Shown: positions 38,943 to 52,997 of the stretch, piece by piece
How the letters are laid out: every line of letters begins with the position of its first letter
How positions within the stretch are numbered: position 1 is the stretch's first letter
NCBI GenBank assembly: GCA_025201805.1
Contig: MU619251.1
Coordinates: 1 to 64,000 of the forward strand
Length of the DNA stretch: 64,000 bases
Direction: 5' to 3'
Source of the DNA: Parasitella parasitica NRRL 2501
Taxonomy: Eukaryota; Fungi; Mucoromycota
The notes under the pieces: generated by a model
Seen by the model: only the letters and a program-made list of their open reading frames with translations
Told to the model about the DNA's origin: nothing
The model's database searches: none
Program-made: the position numbers and the translations under genes

Positions 38943-40461
38943 TTAGTTGCTAGCGAGCGCCATGGAATGCTGAGCACCGGCAGAGACACGGATGACCTTG
39001 TGGCCCTCCAGCTTTTGTCCAGTTAACTCTTTAGGAACGGGTTCGTCGTCGCTAGAGCCGTTACCCAACGCATAACATTCGCCGAAACCCCAGGTATATG
39101 CTTTACCAGAAGCAGTGACAGCAACGGAATGGTTTGTGCCAGTTGCAATTTGCGTCACTTTTTCCAAGGAAGGGATAAGAGTAGGAATACCAACAGCACT
39201 CTTGAAAGCAGACGCTTCCGAGTTTTCTTCGCGAGTGCGATTCTTTTCGATCAGTTCAGCAGGCAAGCCCAGCTGGTCTGAATCAGCACGCCCAAAAGCA
39301 TACACATTTCCATCTTCCATTAACACGAGAGAATGATGCTCACCGCCTTGAACAGCAACGATTTTGCCTTTACCCTCGAGGCCCTCGACAACAGTGGGTT
39401 TTGTAATGACATTGGCAGCGGGTTCATTGTCATCTTCGACCGCAAGACCGCATTGTTGGAAATTATTGAGACCCCAAACATAGAGGACATTGTCCTCAGA
39501 AACAGCAAACGAGTGATAAGAGCCGGTGCCGATTAATCTGATGTGCTTCAAGTTTAAGGCTTCAGGACGAAGACCGTTGATTAAATGGCGTTCCATAATG
39601 CGACGGCCCAGTTGAAACTGCTGACCGTTACCCCAAACAAACACACGCCCATCTCTAGTCAGCGCCAAACAATGGTCTGTGCCAGCAGCGATATCAGCAA
39701 TAACGTATTTCTCAAAAGGCTCGAAAATCGCAGGCACTTCCTGAACGGCTTTGTTACGTGAAAAGCCTAAAGGTCCTTCCGCACAACGGTATGTTCCCCA
39801 GCAGTAAAGTTGCCCTTCTTCAGTCAATGCCATGGTGACAGAATCACAACATGCTACCTTGACAACCTTGACATGATCCATATTCTCCACTCTTGCGGGC
39901 TCGTACTCGTCACCAGATCTACCTAAAGCACGTTGATCATTGCAGCCCCAAGACCATAACTGACAGGAGTATTAAAATAATGAACTTTCTTGCTTTTGTT
40001 TTTTTGTTTTTTTTTTTCTATATTTAGCTTTGTATACCTTCCCGTCCTTTGTAACAGCAATAGAATGCATACCTCCAGACACAATGTCCACAATCTCTTC
40101 ATTATCGAGTACTTTTAATGGCATAGGTCTTTTACGCTCCAGCATGTCTTCCCCCAAACCAAGTTGACCCGTATCGCCAGAGCCAAACACAAATACTTTA
40201 CCAACATTCGTGGGTGCTTTAACTACTTGATTTACAGTAAGATTTCTTCTCTTTGAATTGGCATTATCAGTGGAGCGGGTGCGCTTTACAGCCTCGGGTG
40301 ATGCTTCAATCATTTCGATATCAGTATTTTGTCTTTTCAAAGGTGCTATATATACATATATAACATTTATCAGGTTAATTTCGTGTTTTTGCTTTTATTT
40401 TTTTAAAAACGAGGGTGTCACAGAAAAAAAAAAAGACCACCATTGTCGACTACTTACCCAT
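38943..40461 (-). CDS. RCC1: Ran GEF RCC1 (Srm1/Pim1)
   Basis: RCC1 repeats VFVFGSGDTGQLGLG, GGMHS, WGNGQQFQLGR, GGEHHS, AGAQHS. Confidence 0.9.
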
Positions 40462-41188
40462 GGTTAAACTTATATCTATTTATCTCGGGTTATTCTAAAA
40501 GTTGTGTAGAAAGAAAAAGAGAAAGAAACTAAAGAGAAAAAGAGTTTTTTTTTTTTATTATTCCTGCCTCGAACTTTTTGAGCGTTTATGTTCTGGAAGG
40601 ATGAGGTTATGAAGGAAATCGAGTCACGAGAACATGGATGTTTGTTGAATTGGATGCTGTATATCTGCCTTAAAGAGTTTGTATCAAGGTCAATGAATGT
40701 AAAATGAGCCAAATCTATAAAAACTGAGTGTAAAGACAGATTGCAATATTTATACTTTTATAATGAAATCCAAGCATGTGCCTGAAAAATCTTTTATTGT
40801 TTGGTACAGATTTATGTTACTACTATGTTCTCGATATATGGTTATCTGTTCGCCGATGTGGGCTATTCAAAGCTCAGCAATCCCATAGCAAACTTGTGGT
40901 GGACACAGCTTTTTGCTTTGTGCCCTATTGGAGGTGTGGCTACACTAGTTCATGGAGTAAATCACCTGGGGAAAGCACCACTGGTACATTGAGCGATACT
41001 TCGGGATCACTTTTGGTTGCTATGATTTGTCGTACCTTTTAAATCGAATCCCATTGTAAAAGCAAACGCAGTCAAAGTGAGCTGAAAACCATTGGTAAGG
41101 TTTGTGCGATGCTATAATAATATGAAGGGGCAGTGAACCGAAATTTTTTTTTTTTTTTATTCTCTTTTTCTATTGCACAAATTATAAG

Positions 41189-41544
41189 ATGACCTCCTTC
41201 TATGATGAGGTAAGGATCCCAGCAATGCAGCCAATATCGAAGTTGACATTGCATTCCGTAGATTGAGATTGAAGACATGGACTTTAACGAAGAGGAGCAA
41301 AAATATACATATCCTTGCCCTTGTGGTGACAATTTTGAAATCTATATAGTAAGCAACATGCTATTGTTTGATAACATGTCAAGCTAATATTGTGCAACTG
41401 TAGGATGATTTACAAGATGGAGATGATATTGCTCGATGTCCCTCTTGCTCGTTGATCATTCAAGTCATTTACGATCCTGATGAATTTGCAGACCAAGACG
41501 AGGAGACGACGTATCAAGTTGATACAAGTATTGTCGTTTCTTAG
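41189..41544 (+). CDS. DPH3: Diphthamide biosynthesis CSL zinc finger Dph3/Kti11 (3 exons)
   Basis: Spliced [33 protein letters not shown]. Confidence 0.95.
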
Positions 41545-41671
41545 GGCAGAAAAATGCCAGAGCTACTCGACACGAGACAAAAAATTGCATTCCACATTCC
41601 AACACAGATTTTATTATCTTTGTACATTTCCTTGAAAAATATATATATATATATCACTTGTTAGCAAAATC

Positions 41672-42686
41672 TTAGTTTTTTGTTGATCCAAGCTTAGTAT
41701 GTTCATCGGCAAGTTTGTGGTATTCCGCAGCGCCTTGCTCAGCTTGCCGCTTTAAATTCTCATATTCACTCTTCTTTTTCTGCAATTGCTCCACCTCTTT
41801 TTGAAGTGCTTTGATTTCCTCCTCGTATGATTTCTCCATGTCTAGCAACTTCTTTTCATCTAGCTTTGAAGAAGCATGTTCGCCTTTTGCGTACTCCAAC
41901 TCTTCTTCATGTTTCAACATGGCAATAACCAAAGTGCTTGTGCGTTCCAGAATCCTGTTTAAAAACGAGAATATCAGAAGTGAGCTTATCTACCAATCTA
42001 AAAAAAAAAAGAAAAAAGAAAAAAGTAGCCTACAATGATAAAAAGAGGGTGAATCCAGTCAAATAAAGGTTTCTTTGAGCATAAAATTTGCGAGCTTTTT
42101 GGCTTGCTTCATAGCCATAATCATGGTAAGGACGGCCGGCTTCTTCGGGCTGTTCATCTTGCTCAATACGCTGCAAGCGGTTCACAGCATCTATATATTC
42201 AAAACTCCACATTAATCTCTGATTTCACCACTGATTGTTCAATGTTTACCGATAAATAACACAAAGATGAAGCTATAATTGTGACAAACCACGCAGTCAG
42301 TATTTGTAATATTTCACTTTGCATGCGTGAAACCAAACTTACCCAAAAACAATCTTCAAAATTCCAACTGCTTTTGCAACCTACACCATGGAGTCCGTCA
42401 TAAATCACAACAATACATTGATTAAAATAAAAAATCACGCCTTACTGAAGGAGAGGAAGACACGAATCTGAACATTGCTCTACGCCAGCGAGAAGGCAAG
42501 GGGAACTAAGACATGCCATAAGTGTCTGGTTTTAGCTCGAGATTTACATGATGAAACGCTTACCACAAGGACGCCGAATGAGATCATCTAATGTTCATAT
42601 CAGCACAGTACAGGATATATTTGTTTGATACCTCACATTACCTCGAGTACCAAAATAAAGAATACAGTTGTATAGTAAATTGTCAT
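41672..42686 (-). CDS. BAP29/BAP31 (Yet-like) ER membrane protein, many short exons
   Basis: MTIYYTTVFFILVLE, PLPSRWR, KFYAQRNLYLTGFTLFLSL, C-terminal coiled coil. Confidence 0.88.
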
Positions 42687-42814
42687 TTTGAATATTAATA
42701 CGGAAAGAAAAAGAAAAAAAAAACCCCCCAAGTTTACAATAATAAATGTTATAGTTTTATTTTTTACCAACAAAAAAAAGGGGGGGGGGGGCGTGGAGAG
42801 AAGATTTTATAATT

Positions 42815-44040
42815 TTACATATCATCATCGCTGGCAGCAACAGCATCGCCTTCATCTTCATCACCACTGACAAGTTCGTTCTCCTTTTCTGCTTGTGCCA
42901 ACAAAGCAGCAAAATCTTTATCGTCAGAGTCAGATACCAATTTAGCTTCCTTCTCAACCTTAAATTTGGTCCAAGCGTGCTTATCCAGTTCTGTCTTTAT
43001 TGCCTCCACACACTTTTCAATAACTTCAAAACCGAGCTTCTTATCCAAGGAGTCGACAGTGACGACATAGAAAGGTGCAGCCAAATATGTAATCTTGACA
43101 GGAACGTCCTCTGAGCCAGCTGCTTCACCTGCCTTTAAAGCTGCCTTGATGGCATTTACACCATCCATACCAGTACATCTCAAGTCGAGTTCTTTTAGTT
43201 TAAAACAACACTTGTAAGCATAATATCAATATCGGATCTCTTTGTCCACTTACGAGCACGGATCTTGACAGGATTAGGGGTCATTCTACGTTTAATAATT
43301 GCCAATAATTCCTTTTGAACTTCGTCAGACATGCTCAAACCAGCAAAAACAGTGTCAAAATCACTATGAAATACGCTCATTAATCAACTTCATCCACGTC
43401 TACAAAAAAAAAAGCGCTCTTACACAATAGCCATCTTGAAAGCATCGTAAGCATGGCCAAATTTCTTGTACAAAGGCCAGCCGATGGACTCGTATAAATC
43501 TTGAAGAGGTGTGTCATTCTTTTCAGCAACGTGGCGCAGAATAGAATGAACAGCCTTTGATTTCATGTATTTTTCCTCGCATTTGATGATATCTTCGGGA
43601 GTGACACGACGCTTGGATAAATCAATATAACCTAAATGTCGCCAAGCAGTATTAGCCAACTGTGCGCGCCGCGTTAGCAATATGCATTCGTAAATGTACC
43701 CTTTTCTTCGTCAACTCTAAGAACAACCACGACTTCATCTTTGCCGACACGAATCAACTTTTGAACTGAACGGATACGTCTTCTAGACAATTCAGAGAGC
43801 AAAATCATACCCTCTCTGTCTCCATATTCGAGCTATAGTATCATAATAGCAGGGTCAGCTTTGATTTCCCTCCCTCTCTCTCTCTCTCTCCCCCCCCCCC
43901 TCAAATACGTAATAACATTTACTTACAAGCTTAACATAAGCACCCATATCTGCAATTTGACGAACATTGACCATGACAACATCGTCAACTTTGGGAAATT
44001 CATTCTCATACATACGACAAAAGAACTTGTTGTCAGCCAT
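42815..44040 (-). CDS. SUI2: Translation initiation factor eIF2 alpha (multi-exon)
   Basis: [32 protein letters not shown] (Ser51 site), [10 protein letters not shown]. Confidence 0.97.
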
Positions 44041-44108
44041 CTTGATATATTATTACGTCTATTGAACTAACAAAAAAAGAAAAAGAAAAGGGAAGAAGCT
44101 AGGCAGGG

Positions 44109-44119
44109 TGAAAAATTTT
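44109..44119. promoter_or_regulatory. RRPE-like element upstream of SUI2
   Basis: Exact TGAAAAATTTT about 70 bp upstream of the ATG; AT-rich motif, could be chance. Confidence 0.3.
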
Positions 44120-45184
44120 TGAGGCTTTTTGCGCGGAGTTGACCCGAACTGATATCATTGATGTTTGTCTGACTGGAGCAGTGAATGTTGGAGACAGTTA
44201 ACAAATGCGAAGATGCTCTCTATAATATCTTTAGACAAGACATTGATGAATAACAGCTCATTTTGAACCTAGTTTAACAGATTAATGCTAGATTTTTGTG
44301 TCAAATCCTTTCATTTGTCAGCATTTTAATTTTTTTGTAAGAAAATGGATACTTGTGAGGCACACAAATAGTTGCCTTTTTTTTTATGCGCCACTAAAGA
44401 GGTCTTATTGAATGCACTTCTGGGTGGATGTTTCCATTAGAACCACCAATTCCAATCAATTCAAGTACTCAGAATCACGCCAAATTATTCCCCAAAGTTC
44501 GTGGTTGCTATCTAATGCCCCTTTCACCAAAAAAAAAAAGGAAAAAAAACCATCGATTTTCAGCAAATTTTCATGAGGGAATACAAGGAAAAATGAGTGA
44601 AAACCACAGTTTCTTAATTTTGACATCAAAAATGTTGGTTTTTGTTATCTGACGTAATAATCAAAAATATTTGGAAAACCTTCAATTATGGTATATGATT
44701 GTCATTTTAGGCATTATTTATGCAGATTATGGAGTTTCAGTCGAAAAACATATTTTTCTTTGGTCGCGAATTACACAGAATTTTTGATGTGCAATCAAGT
44801 CATAACTTATACCATTGGATGCGCAATCAAATCACCTACAAATACACTTACTTGGTTAATGGACATTAGTTTGATGGCTTTGGAGATCTTGATCAAAAAG
44901 TCCAAATAAATCCCAAATCCTTGGTTCGTTGAATAAAATTAAGCCAAAAATTTTTTGCTCCAACGGCATTTTTGAAATACAGTTCTTCTTTCAGCACCAT
45001 TTTGTAACATAAATGCATCGATACCTATGCGAATAGGCTCTGTGAAAGCAAGTGCTTTAAAAAGATATTCTGTAGGTGAATTAATTATTTATTGCACTGA
45101 ATAGCTTTTTCTCTCCATATTTATTGGCAAAACAAAGGGGGGGAATCGAGAGAGGATGGTATACATAATATAGGTTTTCAGCAT

Positions 45185-47680
45185 CTAATTCGTTTCATCT
45201 TCTAATCCGTGTACACCATAGTCCAGAACTATTAATTGAGTTTTATGTTCGCTATTATCAAGTTAGTTTCTTTTTTTTTTCCTTTTTTTTTGGGCTTTAT
45301 ATACAAGTTCAATCCAATTTTGATACTTTACTTTTTGACAGCGGCAATACATCTTCTTTCATCAAAACAAACTCTCCATACACCAGCAACATCTTCAATC
45401 AAATCATACATTAGTTCTCCTGTTTGCGTATCCCACATCTTGACACCGCCTTCAGAGCCAGAGATAATCTTCAACTTGTCATGCTGAAACGATGTAATCG
45501 GCGCTTGATGCCCATTACTTCCAGCTAAAATGTAAAGACGATCGCCATTAGAGGCATCCCAGATTCTCAAAGTGGCATCTGCAGCTGCACTAACCAGACA
45601 GTCATCAACAAGACCCAGTAAGCCCACCAAAATGGCGTGCCCTAGACAGATGTTCGATTATCGATAAGTAACCATGGCTCAAATTCAAATATTAAAGTGA
45701 GAAAGTGGGGGGGGGAGGAAGGGAGGAGAAGTTTACCTTGCAATACATATTTACATTCGCCACCATCTATTCCCCAAATCCTCACCGATGCATCTAAACT
45801 ACCGCTGATGCAGTGTCGACGCTTTGGATCAATAGCCACACAGTACACCTTCATGGTATGGCCCTTTAAAATGTGTACTTTTTTGCCGGTTTCTAGATTC
45901 CATACAATGACATTATTGTCATAACTTCCACTTACTAAAATATTGCCGTGAACAGCCAGATCTCGCACCGAGTGCTCATGTTCAACCAGTTTATATTTCA
46001 AAAACCGCTGTGATATCACATCATCTTCTAAGCAAGTAGATAAAGGCAGTTGAGGCTCTTTTTCCAGGTCAGGGAGTCTCCAAACGCGGATAGTCATGTC
46101 TCTCGAGCCACTGACAATAATCGGTTCGCTAGGTTCGATGGTAATCGAGCCATCGGGATTGACGATTTTGGAAGGCATAACAATTTTCAAGCATCGTACT
46201 GTGCTCGAATGACCTCTCAAGATGAATCGGCACACGCCCTTTTCGATATCCCACACACGGATGGTTCTATCAATAGAGCCTGTAACCAAAGTATTGCCAA
46301 TATACTGCAAAGCCCAGACTCCGTTATCATGGCCGTTCAGCACACGCTTCAGGTTGCCAGTGTTGATGTCGTACACATTAATGCTATGATCATCTGATCC
46401 AGTGATGATTTTCTCGTCGTCGAATTGCAAGCAAGTCACCAAGTCCTCCTCATGGCCTTCCAGCAGCATTTTGTGATGCAGATTTTGACGCCAGTTCCGT
46501 CGCATGATGGTGTGGCGACGCACAATCTGCTTGTTCGAGTTTTGCAGCCTTTCACTAGTAGTAGGTACGAAATCCAACTGCTTCATCTTTAGTTTCCAGA
46601 CTTCCGAAGCATTGTCGACAAGGGTTTTCCATGAGCGATTGACACCCGATGCACGGCAAAGGGATCGAACATCCAGATACGAGAGCACGATCTCAGCAAC
46701 GCTGCGGGGTAGATTGATGACAATGTCTTTTTTCAACACTTGCATGATGGTTGCGTTGGCCATACGCAATGCATTTCGAGGAGATCTCTTGAGCAATTGG
46801 AACATGAGGTAAGTTTGAATGTTATCTGGTAGGATATCAAACATTTCAATTAGTGATGAAGGCTCAAGCAATGTTGAATTATGAGTATTGTTATTAGAGT
46901 GGATAGTATTAGTGAATGTAGAATTAATAGAAGTGGTAGTAATGGCAGTCGTGGTGCTGATGGTGGGAGCTGCCGTATCCATGGCATCATCCTGTTGCCA
47001 GGGATCTTCATGATCTAAATCGGACACAGGTGACGGAAGAGCAGAATTCGGACTATCAGGTATAATGTCTGCCATTGCTTCTGCTGTGGCATAGGAAGGT
47101 CCAGGTGAGTGTGTACTGCTTGCTGAAGCTGGTATTTGTAAAGCGGCGTTGTTTGTTTGCTCAAAATCTTCGATAGTTTCTAATTCTGCTCGTTTATAAC
47201 TTCTTTCGTCATCCCAGGTTGAGGCTGATCTTTTTCTGGCTGCAGTTATCTATTGGGGAAGGGAAAAAAAAATTTACTATTTTCAAAATAGATTGCCATA
47301 ATCTTGATTTTTACCTGTAATTCTTCGAATAACCCATGCTTTCCATCCACTTTAAATCTAAATCCTTTCATGGTACTTGGGGTTGCGACGTTGGCTAGAG
47401 GGTATAAGTCAGGATTCAAAGAGTACGGAGGGTCAAAATGAAGCTGAGGAAGAATTATCGGATTTGCAGATGTGGCCTCTGTGTGTGTGATATGATTAAA
47501 ATGGGTATGATGCTGTGATTGAGCTTGCGACTGTAGCTCTGGGTGCGATGATTGTGGCTGTGGGTGAGAATGGTGGTGCTGTTGTGCATAACCTGCCGAC
47601 GAATGTCTGTTTGGTGAAGGTAAAGGTGAGGACAACTGGAGCTCAGCAATCGTTAATGGTACACCTGGTGTACTTCTCAT
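45185..47680 (-). CDS. CDC4: F-box/WD40 protein of the Cdc4/Fbw7 family (multi-exon)
   Basis: F-box LPRSVAEIVLSYLD..L; WD repeats VTCLQFDDEKIITGSDD, GH.STVRCL, SGSRD.T.RVW. Confidence 0.8.
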
Positions 47681-48599
47681 CGTTTATTTGCTCAGGTGGA
47701 ATAGAGAAAGAGAGAAAGAGAAAGAGGGAAGCGAGAAATTTATTAAGGAGAAGTTCTAAAATAAAAAGGGAAGGGGTCAACTTATACACAAAAGAGAAAC
47801 AAACGAATGAAAAATGGTGTGTTGTTAGACTTTTATACTCTTGATGATGGAAAGTTGAATTCTACAACAGATGGGCCAATAAATGGTCCACATCCAAATT
47901 TGCAAAAGTGACACAATGAAATACATACACAAAGAGTCTGTTATAATTTTGATGTGGAGCCCTAATCGTATTACACCATGACATTGGCATGAATTGAATG
48001 TTTTATTGAACGATACTATACAACGGCCCGAAGAATGATTAAAAATAACACCAGCTCATTTCAGGAGGGCTAATAGATGGTGATAATGATTATGAATAAT
48101 GTTGATCAATAACAACACCATGAATCATGCTACAATGATACATCGTAAATTTGAGAAATTTGTCTTCTTGTATGTCTTGAAGACGTATCTTTAACAAAAC
48201 ATTTCTTTTTGCAAACCAAGCAAAAAACAAGAAAAAAAAAAAGCCACATGGTCTGAACATTTTCAATGTCGATCATTCAGGGCGGGTTCTGTAGTAGCGG
48301 ATCCATAACCGGTTTGGGTATTTCCATAGCAAAACCATGTCAAACTACAATAAAATGTCAAGCAGACAATGCCTGGGTTATTACTGCTGATTTTGATTAG
48401 TATGAATAGGAAATGTATAAAAATACAACTTGTAAATGAGCTCTTGTAGGCTTTGCGGGTTAATTACACTTCATTTTTTTTTCAGGATGTGATTTATAAA
48501 TAACCCACTCTCAATTTACCAGATGTTTAAAACTGAATTGCCCAGCTTTACGAAAATAAATTGTTCTACTTTTTAGAAATATTTCACCAGACAGTAAAG

Positions 48600-49803
48600 C
48601 AACCACAAAGGTTCTTTATTCAAGCATTTAGGGATTACATTGATCGAGTGTTGAATGAAGTTTTTTATATGTTCAACAGGACCATCTTCACTGCCTTCAA
48701 TTATTCTTGAAAAAGGTGTTTCCGTAACTTTCAATTTCTCACTTCCAACTCGATCCTTCAGCACTTTCCAAAACATCTCTATAGGATTGAGTTCAGGCGA
48801 ATATGGAGGGAGGTAGACTGGTATATAACCCCTTACTAAAATGATAGGGTTAACGGCATCACGAGAATGGATCGGAGCGTAACCCGTAATCATTGAAATC
48901 CTTTCATGTTGGGAAATGCATCCATAATGTCTAAAGTTTCGCTGATGAATTGCACAAAATGGCCAGCTGTAGTTCCTTTTGGTATAGTGCCAACAGAATC
49001 CTCCGGTGTCTTTCTCTTTTCAGCACCAATAACTCTTGGTTTTTTTTTGACATTGCCCGGCTCTCTTATGCTTACATTCACAACACCAAATGCTGAAACT
49101 GCACCAATAACTGTTTGTGATGCACCCTTCGTAAAAGCTGTTTCTTCAATTGCTGGTTTACCACGCTGTGCTCAACCTCTTGAACGACGTATATTTACAT
49201 CGAATCCTGAATCCTGCTTTATCAAAGAAAACGCAATTTTTCATGAAATGCAAATTTTTGTTTTGCCATTCTTCAATCCAGTTTGCGCGAGCCTCAAGGG
49301 TCATCTGACTATTTCTCTCCTTGTAGTTCTCTTTCATGAATCCAGCAACCCTACTCTGTTTTATTTCCAAATGTTCAAAGCTTTGAGTTAAATTTTCGAC
49401 TGCATCCTGGATAACAGCTGAGGGATTCTCATCGAAAAAGTTAATCAAGTCCATTTTGTGGTTCTTGTTTAGTTGACTTGGCATTCTTTTGATGTACAAT
49501 TCGTTTTTTAAAAGGGTGCCTTCTTCTCAAGGTCTTTTTCGTACTTTCTCTTCCACATTCTCGCAGCTTCAGGATTAATGTTGGCAAGTTTAGCTGCTCC
49601 AGTGGGTTTTATCAACTTTTCATGCAGGAAAAAGAAATATCGTAGTCGATCTTCGTTTGTGTAAATGTTACAAGCTGAGCTTCTTTCCTTCTTGACGGTT
49701 ATTTCCTCTTCGTTTTCTACGATGACTTTTTTATTTTATTTTTGATGAACTTGTGTAGATTCGTCAAATTAGCTAATCGGCCATCTTCATAACAGAAATT
49801 CAT
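48600..49803 (-). mobile_element. Degenerate Tc1/IS630-like (DDE_3) transposase
   Basis: NCVFFDKAGF, APIH, YLPPYSPELNPIEMFW; several frameshifts. Confidence 0.85.
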
Positions 49804-50921
49804 CTCGAAACACATTGGATACAGCCGCATATATTCTCTTTTTATAATTCTATAACTGACCCCTTCCCACTCCTTATATATATTACACTGATCGTTTATG
49901 TTTTGTGCTCGGTGGGGTAGCATGTAGTGTTATCCGCCTGCTCTATATTATCTTATTTTGTGGTGCATTAATAAAATTAGCTTTTTCCCCCTTCTACGTT
50001 TATTTTTGTCAATCACTCCATATAGCGTTGGAGATTGATATTATGGTCAAAAAAGTAATAGGATAGTCAATTGTTTGGAGCTCAATTGGTCAATGTTTGA
50101 ATTTCATTTGGCTTGTCCATTTACTGATGAAGAAGTTCTGTGGAATCTGATGTCGACAAAGTACGTTCATTTGCTACACGTTTGTTTAATCACATATTAA
50201 AAACATGAACATAGCGCTGAATGTTACTTTTGTTATATGCAGTTAGACTTATGTACATGTCAATTATTCTCGATACGTGATCTACATTGAGAACAGAGGT
50301 CAGTGTAAGTGTTTTAACACTGATATCACTGTACAAATGATATAATGATCTATTACTACTATGCTTTGAAGGAAACGTGTGTAAGTTTCATAGTCAAGAT
50401 ATAGAAATACAGTATATCAGGATTCGGCTGTATAATTGATGATCAGTTGAAGCTCTTGCAAGGAAAAGACCAATGACTCATTAAAGTCATCTTTTATTTG
50501 GACCTGTCAACTTCTGACATTGTTTTTATTATTAACGAATTTCCGAATCTAACAGAGAACCATAATGAGAGCCATTATAAGAGCGGCCTGGCTCGCAAGA
50601 TTCGTTGTAACAGGATGTTAATTACTTATTGGCTTAAACTAAAGATTTATCTTGCATTCAGCGTATTGTTGCCTATAGTTAATTAATCATTTGCACACAG
50701 GCGTTTTATGCCTGACTTCAAAATCAAGTTTGTTCACTATTTTTTTTGAGAAGAAATAAAGTGCATCTTAACCTACTACGGTACATTAGCTTACGATGAA
50801 TAACGTCCAGCATGTTCAACTTCTCTATAACTGTCATCTTTGTAAAAGAAACGAGCTGTTTTACACATATACACACACACACACACCGAGCTACGGTAAA
50901 AAAAATCGACCTACTTTCTTA

Positions 50922-51790
50922 CTGGGGATGCACAGCTCGCATCTGCAGCGGGCTGTTCCGCTTAACACAATGCTAAGTCAAGGGAAACGAAAAACAATGA
51001 GTAAAAATAACATTTATGAACTGTATAAAGATATAATATATAATGATTTTTTGGTATTTTTAATGTAAAATCCTCGAGTCAAGTTGGTTAATTTTGAAAA
51101 ATCTCAATATAGACAACATTTGATGTATATACTCCTTCGTGGCTTAAGGTGGATGATGGCTGAGGAGCAACTAAAACTTTGATGTCATCTGGCCCTTCAA
51201 CTCGAGATAGGGCGGCGTATAATTGGCCATGCGAGAAAACTGGGACAGGAAGATACAGCCCTACAGATTCCAGAGTTTGACATGACAAAAGCTGGTCTGG
51301 CAGGGAACTGACAACGCTTTACGCCGCCTTGTTCGACTTTTGACGTTTAACGTAACTCTGGGTATGAGCACAACATTGCCTTGATAATGTCCAGTTGCAA
51401 CTTCAGCCTGTAAATCTGAGCAAATGCAGGCGAACTATTCTCAGTTGGAAGTAAGGACCCAATTCTATGGTAAATGCTTCCATGGATTCTGAAAGCGTAG
51501 GCACCACCACGTGAATTTTGAACACTGCCATCCAAGTTAACCCCCATTGACGCGAAGCCAAGTGCGTTGTTATAAGAGCGCACATTTTTCTTGTACTCTA
51601 CGCTTCTACGATTGTTGTTTTGGACCAAATCAGCAATGAATCGTGTTGTAGCTTCTAAAGGTGGAAGAACATATTGGGCTACACCGCAGTATAATTGGAA
51701 CCTGGCCCTCGAAACTCCTCCCTCAGAACGCTCGTGAAGCCACATCAAAGCATTGCAAGAAGGGCATCTAGTAGGCGAACACTTACTCAG
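50922..51790 (-). mobile_element. Internally deleted Helitron
   Basis: N-terminal C..C.ALMW..E..RSYNNALGFASMG..FRIHGSIYHRIGSL..FAQIY lies next to the PIF1 C-terminus QTLESVGLYLPVPVFSHGQLYAALSRV; 3' GC hairpin 50932-50956 followed by CCAG|T. Confidence 0.85.
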
Positions 51791-51839
51791 TACCCACGGC
51801 AAGTATTTACGTTGAGTATATTATACTCATAAAACACCA

Positions 51840-52997
51840 CTAAAGTCCAGTGCCTTGCAAACACCCAGCGATTGAAGCAGCGTTTAGTAAACTTGAAGAA
51901 GAAAAGAAATGGAAACTCTCGACCGGTAAAATCGTTGATGACGTTTTGTACGAGTTTGGGAAGCAATGTCTTGTGGGCCACCGAGCTTGCTCCATGATTT
52001 TAGATTTGCGAGACAAAAATCATTTGAAGGAATGTACAGAGGCGGAGATTGAGGAGATGAAGATAAAGAACCCTATTCAATTCATCAGCCCTATACCAAA
52101 AGAACTTGCGACTTATATCAATGCATTCAATCTTACAAATTTTAAAGATCTACGAGCTTAGCTCTTAAAAGCGCAAGATTGGGAAATTAACCATAGTACT
52201 GATGAGGATCATGATTTGGATTGGGTCAAGCACACCATCCATTCCTTTGTAAGACTGTACGAATCAGGAAATCTGAAAACCGTTCATAAGGAATCATGGT
52301 ACAAATGCGCGTGTGCGGTCCTTGATCGATACTATATTCGATGGTCTTGAAAGTTTACAAGTTGTGCGGTAAATCTATAGCGAAAAATATGTACAAAAAT
52401 ATGTATTAAATTGCATTATATGTTAAGTGGGGAAGCGTCTAGTGCAGCAACTACTAAGTGGGAAAATGTTGACTGAGTGATTGGTTCGAAAGACAAAATA
52501 ACTCGACTTAATTATACGGGAAAGCAAAATGCAACATGAACACGCTTACGAGTATTATGTTGGTGGTACCGCAATTCAGTATCATAATACAAATACACTT
52601 GAAGAAAAGAGATTAAAGCTGCCGAAGACCATAAAAGACATGCTTAATGATCTTAGAATATACAACAATGACGACCGTACGGTACCAACCTTGTCTGTGT
52701 TTGGAATCTATTATGCTGGACTATCTTTTACATGCTGATAGGCCATCAATGTATATTACCAGAATTACTCACTTAAAAGATCACCATATCGCTAGTGATG
52801 TAGCTTCTTTTGGTAGTACCATCTTGCCCTTGTTGGTGCTGATATGGCAGGTTAAGCAACAGATTATTAAAGTACTGTAAAAAAATTTCATATTGTCACA
52901 TCAAGCGCAACTTAATACAAGCAACAGTAGTGATTGGCTGCAGAGTTGTCTATACCAAAATGCAGTTATTGTCATGCCTACCACATCTACTTCGTAA
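51840..52997 (+). pseudogene. Disrupted paralog of the 54353-56124 nuclease-like gene
   Basis: WKLSTGKIVDD..ACSMILDL, KLPKTIKDML, YITRITH; in-frame stops and frameshifts. Confidence 0.75.

Noticed and set aside
48400-50000. TIRs for the Tc1-like relic
   Set aside because: No convincing inverted termini or TA duplication found by eye
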